Shown here: positions 30,923-40,493 of the stretch, piece after piece | Layout: each line of letters begins with the position of its first letter | How positions within the stretch are numbered: the first letter of the stretch is position 1 | Assembly: GCA_963662315.1 (NCBI GenBank) | Contig: OY759353.1 | Span: forward strand, 3,936,001 to 4,000,000 | Length of the DNA stretch: 64,000 nt | From: Geopsychrobacteraceae bacterium | GTDB lineage: Bacteria; Desulfobacterota; Desulfuromonadia; Desulfuromonadales; Geopsychrobacteraceae | Reading direction: 5' to 3' | Notes under the pieces: generated by a model | The model's database searches: none | Told to the model about the DNA's origin: nothing | What the model saw: the letters and a program-made list of their open reading frames with translations, nothing else | Made by a program: the position numbers and the translations under genes

Positions 30923-31888
30923 ATGCAAGACAGCTGTGGCCGAACAATCGACTATCTGCGCCTTTCGGTAACCGATAACTGCAATTTGCGCTGTCGCTAT
31001 TGTGTACCGGAAGGCGAATCTGCCTGTCACCATGACAATCATCTGTTGGCTTTTGAGGACTATTTGAAAATAGTTCGCGCTGCTGTTGAACTAGGGGTCA
31101 GGAAGGTCCGGGTGACAGGTGGTGAGCCGCTGGTTCGTCAAGGCTTGGCGGAGTTTTTACATGAGTTGACCGCGATCTCTCAGATTGAAGATGTCAGCCT
31201 GACGACCAATGGTGTTCTCCTGGGAAAATATGCCGAACAGCTAAAGGATGCCGGGGTTAAGCGACTCAATGTCAGTCTGGATTCCCTTGATAAGGAAAAG
31301 TTTTCAGCGATTACTCGCGGAGGTTCGTTGGCGAAAGTTCTTGCCGGATTGAAAAAGGCCGATCAGCTTGGCTTCAGGATCAAGTTAAATATGGTGGCTA
31401 TGCGGGGAATCAATGATCAGGAATTGATCGATTTTGCTGACTTGAGTAGACACAAAGCCTGGGCGATACGTTTTATCGAATATATGCCGATGGTCCCGGA
31501 AGGGGATTATCAAGCACATTTTATCAGTGGACAAGAGATCTTGGCTTTGCTGCGGCAACAGTATGAAATCAGCAATATTTCAACGGGCGAATACGCCGGG
31601 CCCGCAAAACCCTATAAAATCACTGGTGCCGCCGGTTCCCTGGGAATTATAACGCCCATGAGCGAGCATTTTTGCTCATCCTGCAACCGGATTCGGATTA
31701 CCTCCCAAGGCGCAGCAAAAAGTTGTCTGTTCAGTCCGGTAACGACGGATCTTAAACCGATCCTGAATGATCATGTTGCTCTTAAAAATACTCTCGAAAC
31801 GGTTATCGGTGGTAAACCGACCCAACATGATATGCGCGTTGATTCCCGCAGTGTAACCGGACTCGGCATGTCTGCTATTGGCGGGTAG
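30923..31888 (+). CDS. moaA: GTP 3',8-cyclase (molybdenum cofactor biosynthesis)
   Basis: YLRLSVTD.CNLRCRYC, TGGEP, FIEYMP, FCSSCNRIR, C-terminal IGG. Confidence 0.95.
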   Translation: MQDSCGRTIDYLRLSVTDNCNLRCRYCVPEGESACHHDNHLLAFEDYLKIVRAAVELGVRKVRVTGGEPLVRQGLAEFLHELTAISQIEDVSLTTNGVLLGKYAEQLKDAGVKRLNVSLDSLDKEKFSAITRGGSLAKVLAGLKKADQLGFRIKLNMVAMRGINDQELIDFADLSRHKAWAIRFIEYMPMVPEGDYQAHFISGQEILALLRQQYEISNISTGEYAGPAKPYKITGAAGSLGIITPMSEHFCSSCNRIRITSQGAAKSCLFSPVTTDLKPILNDHVALKNTLETVIGGKPTQHDMRVDSRSVTGLGMSAIGG

Positions 31889-31940
31889 GGTAGCTGCGAG
31901 GTCCGGTACTATGCTAAGCGCGGTGCGCCATTTCGAAGCA

Positions 31941-32360
31941 CTATGTATTTTCCTCACAAGCAACTAAAATTCGTTCCGCTGGGACTCGCAGCTGTTTCAT
32001 CAAGTAAATCTTGAAGTTTGGTTCGTAGGGCTGGATATCAACTGCTTTCTGCATACACTCCATCCATGCTTCGACATCACTCCGCCCAATAGGCATATGC
32101 TTATGAAACTGAGGTATTTTAATGGGCCCAAAATTCTGCGAGTACAATTTTGGCCCACCAAGCCAGCCCGATAGGAAATAGGACAGTTTGAGCCGTGATT
32201 CATTCAGGTTATCACGGTGCATTCTACGTATAACCTGAGCTTCTGGCAGTGAGTCCATAAAATCGTAGAATGCATCGACGAGCTTTGTTATCCCTTCCAG
32301 CTCTCCCGCTGCCTTGTAGGAGGCATCTCCAACCCCATATTCGATTTTATCGTTGCTCAT
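31941..32360 (-). CDS. group II truncated hemoglobin
   Basis: LVDAFYD.M, FLSGWLGGP..Y, H...PI, W..CM. Confidence 0.88.
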   Translation of the reverse strand: MSNDKIEYGVGDASYKAAGELEGITKLVDAFYDFMDSLPEAQVIRRMHRDNLNESRLKLSYFLSGWLGGPKLYSQNFGPIKIPQFHKHMPIGRSDVEAWMECMQKAVDIQPYEPNFKIYLMKQLRVPAERILVACEENT

Positions 32361-32380
32361 ACTTAACCTTTACTTTATAG

Positions 32381-32479
32381 GCCTAACTCAGCGTTAAAGT
32401 GAGATCAGCAAGTATGCCACAAATTGAGCACAGTGAAAATGGTATGCGTTTGGAGTTACCTTTGAACGCCTTGTTATGT
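32381..32479 (-). other. attC site (integron cassette recombination site)
   Basis: Minus strand ACATAAC-AAGGC-GTTCAAAG ... CACTTTAACGC-TGA-GTTAGGC; R' lies 21 bp before the trHb ATG. Confidence 0.75.
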
Positions 32480-32556
32480 TTATAGATGCTCTCTCAGCTC
32501 GTGGCTAAGGTGCTATTTTCACATCCCTCATTGCTGCTATGTAGTCGCGACGAGCA

Positions 32557-32841
32557 TCACAGCAGGAAATTAAGTCGGCTATCAGCTTTTTTGGGATCAA
32601 TTTCAATTATTTCGGCACTAACAATATTTTCAGCAACGAAAGGATCATTGTTTACTCTTTCTTGTAGCTCTGGTAGTGAGGTGTTATGAGCGATAACGGA
32701 ACCACCCAGATTTGATTGAAGGCTACCAACCAACAAAAAAACACCATCTTCAAAGCCTTGTTGAATCCATTGTTCGTGACCAACCATGTGGTCTCGAGCT
32801 TGTGATTTATTGTCGGAAAACCTTAAGAACACAATAAACAT
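32557..32841 (-). CDS. YciI-like protein
   Basis: H..WI..G...G.FLL.G, GG..IA, DPFV. Confidence 0.8.
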   Translation of the reverse strand: MFIVFLRFSDNKSQARDHMVGHEQWIQQGFEDGVFLLVGSLQSNLGGSVIAHNTSLPELQERVNNDPFVAENIVSAEIIEIDPKKADSRLNFLL

Positions 32842-32860
32842 AGCTGTTTCCTTTTCTGTG

Positions 32861-33451
32861 TTACTCGTAATTGGTCTGCTTTTTCTTGACGGGCAAGTCA
32901 TCCAGCCAGTCGTACATTTTTTCCACTTCCTGTTTCACATATTGTAAGTCATCAAAAGCATTGCCCAGGGTCGCTACCCCTTGGCTCCAGGAGAGTACGT
33001 GCATAGCCAGTGAATCAGCATCCTGTGTATGGCCAAGCTGAGTAAACTGAGCTTTCAGCCATACTCTAAAGAGTGTGAAAACTTTATTGGCCTCAGCTTT
33101 TGAGGCGTGGTTCAATTTGGCGAGTTCCGTGCACAGTGTGCCGACAGGACAACCGTAGTCCTTGATCATTGACCAGTTTGACAAAAGGATTTTGATGTAA
33201 CTCCTGATGCGGTCTTTTGGCGTCGCAGTCTGCTCTTCCCAAGCCGTCAACATGTGCTGTGTCCTGTCCAGACGAGTCTTGATGACAGCATCAAGAATGT
33301 CATCCTTGGTCTTGAAATGATGGTATAGGTTACCGCGCGAAATACTCACCATACTGGAGATATCTGCAAATGAAGTATGCTCGAAGCCTTGCCGATAAAA
33401 TAAGTTATCGGCAGCCTCTATAATTTGACGGCGTGTCTCACCGTGTCCCAT
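32861..33451 (-). CDS. TetR-family regulator (NemR/LmrA-like)
   Basis: TS..DI...ISRGNLYHHFKTK, GCPVG.L..E. Confidence 0.92.
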   Translation of the reverse strand: MGHGETRRQIIEAADNLFYRQGFEHTSFADISSMVSISRGNLYHHFKTKDDILDAVIKTRLDRTQHMLTAWEEQTATPKDRIRSYIKILLSNWSMIKDYGCPVGTLCTELAKLNHASKAEANKVFTLFRVWLKAQFTQLGHTQDADSLAMHVLSWSQGVATLGNAFDDLQYVKQEVEKMYDWLDDLPVKKKQTNYE

Positions 33452-33478
33452 CACACGACCTCTTTGCACAACTTGTTT

Positions 33479-34549
33479 TTAACCATATGTCGGATAATCA
33501 TTGTAGCCTTTCTCATCACCACCATAGAATGTATCGACGTCAACCTCATTTAAAGGTAAGTTCTCCTGATAACGGCGCACTAAATCCGGATTAGCTAAAA
33601 AGGGCGTCCCAAACGCAACCATATCAGCGACACCGTTAGCTATGGCTTTTTGTGCTCTTTCCAGGTTGTATCCATTGTTTGCGATATAGACTCCAGTGAA
33701 TTTTCTACCCAGCTCAGAATAGTTGATTGCACTTACCTTGGTCATCATGTCACCTTCAAGCACGTGAAGATAGGCCAGACCACGCAGGCCCAATTGCTCG
33801 GCAAAATATTCAAAATGCATCTGTGGATTTGAATCTGACATGGAGTTAAAACTGTTTTCAGGGCTCAAGCGCACACCAACGCGATGTGCAGGCCAAATCG
33901 TGGAGACTGCATCGAGAATTTCATTCAGCAGGCGCATGCGATTTTCAACACTGCCTCCGTATGCATCTTTCCGATGATTGCTATTATCTCGAAGAAATTG
34001 GTCTATGATATAGCCATTGGCGCCATGAATCTCTACGCCATCAAAGCCCGCACGCTTCGCCAGCTCGGCACTGTTTCTGAACTGCGCCACGATATCCCCG
34101 ATTTCATTTGAATCAAGTTCGCGCGGCGTCACGAAATCCTGCATACCTGTGTAGGTAACAGCTTGACCATCGAGGCGAATAGCGGAAGGTCCGACAGGTA
34201 AACCGCTATCTGGCTGAAGGCTGGGGTGAGATATTCGACCACAGTGTTGAAGCTGGACAAAGATATGACCTCCTTCTTCTTGCACAGCATCAGTGACGCA
34301 CTTCCAGCCTTCAACGTGAGTATCTGTATAAAGCCCTGGCGTAAAAGGGTATCCGATGGCCTGTGGTGAAATAGTCGTTGATTCGGAAATGATCAGCCCA
34401 GCGCTAGCTCGTTGCCGGTAGTGGGTCGCCATCATCGGTGTAGCCATGCCATTTGAGTCGGCCCGATTTCTGGTCATTGGTGCCATAACCATACGATTTG
34501 CCAACGTTAGGTCGCCGAGTTGAAAGGAGTCAAACAGATTAGTTTTCAT
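33479..34549 (-). CDS. alkene reductase (old yellow enzyme, NemA-like)
   Basis: MAPMTRNRA, QLQHCGR, EIHGANGY, YGGS.ENR, FLANPDL. Confidence 0.93.
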   Translation of the reverse strand: MKTNLFDSFQLGDLTLANRMVMAPMTRNRADSNGMATPMMATHYRQRASAGLIISESTTISPQAIGYPFTPGLYTDTHVEGWKCVTDAVQEEGGHIFVQLQHCGRISHPSLQPDSGLPVGPSAIRLDGQAVTYTGMQDFVTPRELDSNEIGDIVAQFRNSAELAKRAGFDGVEIHGANGYIIDQFLRDNSNHRKDAYGGSVENRMRLLNEILDAVSTIWPAHRVGVRLSPENSFNSMSDSNPQMHFEYFAEQLGLRGLAYLHVLEGDMMTKVSAINYSELGRKFTGVYIANNGYNLERAQKAIANGVADMVAFGTPFLANPDLVRRYQENLPLNEVDVDTFYGGDEKGYNDYPTYG

Positions 34550-34590
34550 TTCATCTCCTTTGGAAGGATAAATAGATTCAGTCTAGAAAC

Positions 34591-34642
34591 TGGGACGGTC
34601 GCCCTATATTGTTAGTTTAGGTCTAATGACCTAGTTTGTCAA
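34591..34642 (-). promoter_or_regulatory. sigma-70 promoter with two palindromic TetR-type operators
   Basis: TTGACA-17-TAAACT on the minus strand; TAGGTC-N4-GACCTA (34618-34633) between -35 and -10; second copy TGGGAC-N4-GCCCTA (34591-34606). Confidence 0.7.
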
Positions 34643-34740
34643 TGAGCTCTTTTGCTTTTCTTTACAGGACCCGCAGAAGATGAAGTGGTGAATTGATCGG
34701 AAGCACTCTCCTACCAGCAGGTCGAAACGTGCTCACGTGG

Positions 34741-34938
34741 TTAATATACCCCCCAATTCATAAGGGGATAATTGAGATCTGTGGCAACGATAATCTCAGC
34801 GGAAGTATTGACGGGTGTCGTTTCTGCAGAGCAAACTGAAGGGATGAAGTAGCAAAAGGAGGTCAATATCCATATGAGCAGGACCCAAAATTGGACAGAT
34901 GTATTTTTAGAAGGCCATCTCGGTCGACGCAGTTTCAT
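34741..34938 (-). pseudogene. N-terminal fragment of an exported SBP-type domain protein
   Basis: Signal-like segment then IIVATDLNYP, truncated at 65 aa. Confidence 0.35.
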
Positions 34939-35016
34939 TCGGCGCTTAAGTCTGCCTTCGACCTGGTCGACAAACCATCCCTCTCAGGTTAATTGACTTG
35001 ATTTGAATCGATCTTT

Positions 35017-35610
35017 TTACAGTTCCACTGTGCCCTTCCAGACCAGCAGTAAGTTGTTCGTTGGCATGGGGATTTTTTCCACCAGCTGCATGTTTTGCCC
35101 CCAGCTTACCAATTCTTCGACTGAGCGGATTCCGCCATAACCTTTATTTTTAAGGGTTTGATCAAAATCCTGATTGCTTTTGCTGGTATATTTTCCATCC
35201 ACATTCATCGGTCCGTACTGACAGAAGACTCCGTCTCGAGGTAAATTGGCGACCACCAGCTCCATCATCAGCTTTGCTTCCGCTGCCTGCATAATGTGAG
35301 TTGTATTGGCTGTAAATACCGCGTCAACCTGAATAGCAGGCCAGGGATCACAGCCGATGGTAAACTCAAGCGGAGGCACAATATTGTCCAATTGTGATTC
35401 GCTGATCCAGGCCTTCACGCTGGCATGATTTTCAAGCCTGTCACTGGTATGCCAAACAAGATGGGGGAGTTTCTCAGCAAAAAACACCGCATGCTGCCCT
35501 GTTCCAGAACCAATCTCCAGTACGTGTCGAGAGGATGCAAAATAGACTTTCAGCTGATCCAGAATGGGTTGTTTATTTCTTTCACAATGGGAAGCAAAAT
35601 CCTTGGACAT
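35017..35610 (-). CDS. DUF938 SAM-dependent methyltransferase-like protein
   Basis: CERNKQPIL, LEIGSGTGQH, YGP, SNQDFD..L, MPTNN. Confidence 0.9.
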   Translation of the reverse strand: MSKDFASHCERNKQPILDQLKVYFASSRHVLEIGSGTGQHAVFFAEKLPHLVWHTSDRLENHASVKAWISESQLDNIVPPLEFTIGCDPWPAIQVDAVFTANTTHIMQAAEAKLMMELVVANLPRDGVFCQYGPMNVDGKYTSKSNQDFDQTLKNKGYGGIRSVEELVSWGQNMQLVEKIPMPTNNLLLVWKGTVEL

Positions 35611-35730
35611 AAGATGACCTGGCTTGAGAGTACATTGTTGTTTTATTGTTGATTCCTTCAGAAGAAGTAATCCCATAATACTCAATTAATCTAATTTGTC
35701 TCTGATTTTATTGATCTTTTCCTGCGGCGA

Positions 35731-36540
35731 TCACCCCGATGATACATTCTGTTTGCGCAAATACTTTTTAGGCGAAACGCCGAGCACTTGCCTGAACATT
35801 TCAATGAAGGCGCTCAAGCTCTGATAGCCCAGATCAAATGCGACTGTGGTCACACTTTCACCATCATCCAATCGGTGGATCGCTTCCTGAAGCAGGAGCC
35901 GCTTACGCCACTGCCCAAAAGTCAGGCCGGTTTCGCGGACAAAAAGACGCGACAGCGTGCGAGAACTTGCCCCTGCAATAACGGCCAATTCATCAAGACT
36001 GCGACTTTCCCCTGGGGCCCTCATGAGTTCCTGCAAGACCCGCGTCAACCGATCATCCTGCCCCATGGGCAAATGCAAGGCGGTCGGTTCAGCCTGCCGC
36101 AACTGATCAAGAATAACCTGCATCAGGCGGAACTCGGGGCTATCGGCCGGATAATCATCCACCACAGTCACCGCGGTCAGAATCAGCTCACGGAGCAGAG
36201 CCGAAATCTTGATGACAGTGCATTGTTGGGGGAATCCGGCTAGTACCGACGGATCGATGAAGAGATTTCGCAACCACACATTGCCGGGAAAATAGACCTC
36301 ATGTTCAACCCATGGTGGCACCCAAACGGCTTGCGAAGGCGGAACCACCCACTGGTCACGGCGGCAGAAGACTCTCATCACCCCGCTGCTGGCGTATATC
36401 AGCTGCCCCCGCGGATGGGCGTGAGCACTGGCGCAACCCGCATCTCTGACCTGCATGGACAGGGGGATGACTGGCTGGGTTAGATCAACGCGATAACCGA
36501 TATTGATCGGGGATAACTTTGTCATTTTTCCGATATTCAT
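35731..36540 (-). CDS. AraC-family regulator with cupin sensor domain
   Basis: HAHPRGQL cupin; SRTLSRLF..ETG and LGY.S.SAFI.MFR HTH pair. Confidence 0.92.
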   Translation of the reverse strand: MNIGKMTKLSPINIGYRVDLTQPVIPLSMQVRDAGCASAHAHPRGQLIYASSGVMRVFCRRDQWVVPPSQAVWVPPWVEHEVYFPGNVWLRNLFIDPSVLAGFPQQCTVIKISALLRELILTAVTVVDDYPADSPEFRLMQVILDQLRQAEPTALHLPMGQDDRLTRVLQELMRAPGESRSLDELAVIAGASSRTLSRLFVRETGLTFGQWRKRLLLQEAIHRLDDGESVTTVAFDLGYQSLSAFIEMFRQVLGVSPKKYLRKQNVSSG

Positions 36541-36646
36541 TGTCTGAATTTAGCAAGAATGCCACAAGATCACAAGCTATACTCAGCGGCAATTCAGACT
36601 CAACAAGAGAACCATAACGCGGATCAGACGCAACTGAGGAACCCCT

Positions 36647-38374
36647 ATGATGCTTTCCAACCCGGCTGAAAAATATCGACCCATCAATACCTTTGACCTG
36701 TCCGACCGCCAATGGCCGAATCGCGTCCAGCGGCAAGCTCCGCACTGGTGCAGCGTTGACTTGCGGGATGGAAATCAGGCCCTCATCGAACCGATGGATA
36801 TCGAGCGCAAAAAGAATTTTTTTGAATTATTGGTTGCGATTGGTTTCAAGGAGATTGAAGTCGGATTCCCGGCAGCCTCACAAACCGATTTTGACTTTAT
36901 TCGTCAACTTATTGAAACTCATGCCATCCCGGCGGATGTAACGATTCAGGTCATGACCCAGGCTCGTGAGGACCTAATCGACAGAACATTCCAGGCATTG
37001 GCAGGGGCTTCACGCGCTATTGTTCATGTTTACAACGCCACCGCACCCGTTTTTCGTGATGTGGTTTTTAAGGTTGATCGCTCCGGCTGCATTGATATCG
37101 CCACACGGGCATCCCGACTGGTCCGTGAGCAGATGGCCCGTTATCCGCAAACCACCTGGACTTATCAATACTCTCCGGAAACATTTTGTTTTACCGAAGC
37201 GGACTTCAGTCTGGAAATCTGTAATGCAGTCGTGGCGGTGATGGAACCAACACCCGCGAACAAAATGATCCTGAATCTGCCCACCACAGTGGAGGTTGCC
37301 ACGGCCAATGTTTTTGCCGATCAGGTCGAATGGTTCTGTCGCAACATCAAAAAACGGGACAGTGTCATTATCAGTGTTCATCCCCATAATGATCGCGGCA
37401 CAGCAGTCGCCACAGCTGAATTAGCATTGCTGGCCGGTGCAGAACGTATTGAGGGATCGCTGTTCGGCAATGGCGAGAGAACCGGAAACCTGGATATTGT
37501 CAATCTGGCAATGAACCTTTATTCTGCCGGGGTCAGCCCCAACCTGGATTTTTCAAATATGACCAGGATGATGCGCGAAGTTGAGTTCTGTAATCAGATC
37601 CCGATCCATCCACGCCATCCCTACGCCGGTGAGTTGGTATTTACTGCCTTCTCCGGTTCACATCAGGATGCCATCAAAAAAGGGTTCGCAGTTCGACGGG
37701 AAAATCCGAATGGATTCTGGGAAGTTCCTTATATTCCCATCGATCCAGAAGATATTGGGCGCAACTATGAAGCGGTGATACGGATCAACAGCCAATCAGG
37801 AAAAGGGGGAATCGCCTATATCTTGGAACGTGAAGGGCTCCTGGTGCCACGTCGGTTACAGATAGAGTTTAGCCAGATTATCCAAAAACTTGCTGACAGC
37901 TCAGGAGTTGAAATCACCAACAGCATGATTATTGATACGTTTGTACAGACTTATCTCTTTGCTCCGGAACCCTTTGCCCTGGTCGACCCGGTGGTCACCA
38001 GTGACGGCCCGCAGACCTGCCTTAAGGCCAGCCTGCGGACTCCGCAGGGTATTTTTGATATTAACAGCACAAGTAATGGGCCGTTGTCTGCTCTGAGCAA
38101 GGCGTGTGAGCAGTTGGGGCTACCTTTCGAGATTGCTGATTACCAGGAGCATGCCGCAGAATATGGATCAAGTGCCGATGCCTGCGCCTATGTCGAGATT
38201 GTCGTCGGCAAACAAAGGTTATTTGGCGTGGGGCGTGATGGCAGCATTCTCAACGCTTCGCTGAATTCGTTGATCAGCGCGCTAAACAGAGCAGCCCGGA
38301 ACGATGCTGCGGTTTTCAACCTCTCTGTGGCCAAAAAGGAGCCAGAATTTTCACTTGGGTGCGGACCAAGATAA
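36647..38374 (+). CDS. leuA: 2-isopropylmalate synthase
   Basis: KYRP, DRQWP, SVDLRDGNQAL, YSPE, NLPTTVE, HPHNDRG, GNGERTGN, FSGSHQDAI. Confidence 0.95.
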   Translation: MMLSNPAEKYRPINTFDLSDRQWPNRVQRQAPHWCSVDLRDGNQALIEPMDIERKKNFFELLVAIGFKEIEVGFPAASQTDFDFIRQLIETHAIPADVTIQVMTQAREDLIDRTFQALAGASRAIVHVYNATAPVFRDVVFKVDRSGCIDIATRASRLVREQMARYPQTTWTYQYSPETFCFTEADFSLEICNAVVAVMEPTPANKMILNLPTTVEVATANVFADQVEWFCRNIKKRDSVIISVHPHNDRGTAVATAELALLAGAERIEGSLFGNGERTGNLDIVNLAMNLYSAGVSPNLDFSNMTRMMREVEFCNQIPIHPRHPYAGELVFTAFSGSHQDAIKKGFAVRRENPNGFWEVPYIPIDPEDIGRNYEAVIRINSQSGKGGIAYILEREGLLVPRRLQIEFSQIIQKLADSSGVEITNSMIIDTFVQTYLFAPEPFALVDPVVTSDGPQTCLKASLRTPQGIFDINSTSNGPLSALSKACEQLGLPFEIADYQEHAAEYGSSADACAYVEIVVGKQRLFGVGRDGSILNASLNSLISALNRAARNDAAVFNLSVAKKEPEFSLGCGPR

Positions 38375-38705
38375 TTATCTATTTTTTAATATAAGATAGA
38401 GTGGATAAGCTCTTATTCTCTGCCTTAGGGCGTGATTTTTCAGGTGTAAATAGCATGTTTAAGCTTAATAATTGCCATATTACGGTATAATTCCTTATAT
38501 GAATCAATTATATAGCTAGGTTCGACCCAGAGATCCCCCCTGCTTTAACATATTGGTAAAAGGCCAGGCTCTTGTCCGATTGGTCAATATTTTTGGGCTT
38601 GACGGGGAGAAATTGGAGGGAACAGCGGAATAGGATAGTTTCAGTTTTGCGAACAATTGTTTGGCTTTTTCGCTTAACATTGGCGCTTCCTGACGCTGGG
38701 AAAGA

Positions 38706-40109
38706 TTACAGCAGGACGACTTTATTACGTCCCCCGCTTTTTGCCAGGTAAAGAGCTTTGTCAGCTGTTTTGATGATATCCAGACGCGGGGTTGCAAAGT
38801 TGCTGACTACAGTCATTCCAATACTGACGGTAAAGCTTATCTGCTTGCCGCAGCTTGTATGGACAGGAGTTGCAGCTAAATAGGTGAGGAGTCTGTTGGC
38901 AACAAGGGTCGCCTGATCTGGATCCGTTTCCGGCAGCATGACAATAAACTCTTCGCCACCCCAACGGCCGAACACATCCGAAGTTCTTAATTTGTTCTGA
39001 ACTAAGACGACAAGACCTGTTAAAACTTCGTCGCCGATGTCATGACCGAATGAGTCGTTAATATTCTTGAAGTGATCGATATCGATCAGCAACAGGGCCA
39101 GTTGACGCTTATAGCGCGTATTCCTGTTCAATTCCTGTTCAAAGGCTTCAAGGAATGATCTCCTGTTCATTATCCCGGTCAATGGATCGGTTGCCGCCAT
39201 TTCTTCAAGTTTGCTCTCAAGGATCTTGCGCTTGGTTATGTCACTGATAATCACAATAGTTTCGGAAAATTTTCCAGAAATATCTAGGGACCTGGAAAAG
39301 GAGATATGGAAAAATTTGTCGCAATCGGCAAGAGCCTTTTCTGCTTGCAAGGTCTGTCTCTGACTCTGGATGAAACTGTTGTAAAGATCGGCCAGCCAGG
39401 GAAACTCTTGGCAAAAATGTATCTCTTGGGGGGTGGCTGCATAGTACTTTGCTCCCGACACCGCAGCAGTATCAAGGCTACTGGACGCTGCCAGGTTCAT
39501 GTTTTCAATCCTGCCGTCCTGATCAATGATGAAAGCAGGTTCTGACAGACTTTCAAAGATGGTCAGATATTTATTCTTTTCATTGGTCATCGACCGGTTT
39601 CGCTCTTGCAATTCAGTGATCAATTGATCTTGATTAAAGTTTGCCCAGGTACCACAAAAAGCGATCTCAACCCGGTCAAAGAAGCGATTGATTAAGTTTC
39701 GGAAGGTTTTTTTCTGTGCCGGGGAAAAGCCTGATTCTTCCACTAAATCCTGGTAAGCCTGCCGGTAATACTTGCTCATCCCCAAAAACATCTCAAGGCT
39801 GGTCCCGCGTTCTCGATGCAGGTTTGCTTCGCGGATGCCGAATTGGGTCGCCGGATCATCTAGACAATCTTCATCCTGGTAGATCTCGATATCCAAACCT
39901 TTCGCGTGGATCAATTCTGTAAATGATTTTGACAATCCTGATATGGATAAACGCCAGGCTTCTTTCAGGGTGGATGTATATTTGGTGTAGCCCTGGCGAC
40001 GGGCATAGTCCAAGGTTCGGCCCATGAGCCAGTCTTCATGGCTATTTATGTATTGAACAAGCGATAACAAAATGGCCCCCCTGATAATCTGTTGGAAATT
40101 AGGTCCCAC
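38706..40109 (-). CDS. diguanylate cyclase with N-terminal helical sensor and PAS domain
   Basis: DPLTG, DIDHFK.IND.FGH, RWGGEEF; start uncertain. Confidence 0.92.
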   Translation of the reverse strand: MGPNFQQIIRGAILLSLVQYINSHEDWLMGRTLDYARRQGYTKYTSTLKEAWRLSISGLSKSFTELIHAKGLDIEIYQDEDCLDDPATQFGIREANLHRERGTSLEMFLGMSKYYRQAYQDLVEESGFSPAQKKTFRNLINRFFDRVEIAFCGTWANFNQDQLITELQERNRSMTNEKNKYLTIFESLSEPAFIIDQDGRIENMNLAASSSLDTAAVSGAKYYAATPQEIHFCQEFPWLADLYNSFIQSQRQTLQAEKALADCDKFFHISFSRSLDISGKFSETIVIISDITKRKILESKLEEMAATDPLTGIMNRRSFLEAFEQELNRNTRYKRQLALLLIDIDHFKNINDSFGHDIGDEVLTGLVVLVQNKLRTSDVFGRWGGEEFIVMLPETDPDQATLVANRLLTYLAATPVHTSCGKQISFTVSIGMTVVSNFATPRLDIIKTADKALYLAKSGGRNKVVLL

Positions 40110-40345
40110 GTCATAGACAAATAGGGATCTATTCTTTTCACTGAGTCGACATTGTATATATCGGTATAATACGCTTAAATATTTAATTTGGGAAAATCTT
40201 TATTCGGCATTTCAAGAAAGAATCTTTGGCTGAGTAATTATGGAAAAATTCAATGATTTTAACTGGAAAACCTCTGTTTAGCAGTGATCAGAGATAATCA
40301 CTTAAAGATATCATTATACTCTGCAAATTATCTCCTTTTTGGGCT

Positions 40346-40429
40346 TCATAACGCTAAGCTGAGTGGCGCGCAAATGGCTTTGAAAAGGGGCACCGAAGTT
40401 CTTCGCGTCAACTCAAGCGCCTGATCCGC
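40346..40429 (-). other. degenerate attC site
   Basis: Minus strand ...GCGCTTGAGTTGACGCG ... CGCGCCACTCAGCTTAGC-GTTATGA; R'' eroded; followed by an AAGGAG RBS and a decayed ORF. Confidence 0.55.
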
Positions 40430-40493
40430 AATCAGAAGATATTATAAAATTTTATCATTCACTCACTATTGCCTGGCCAAAAGATCATCCCCT

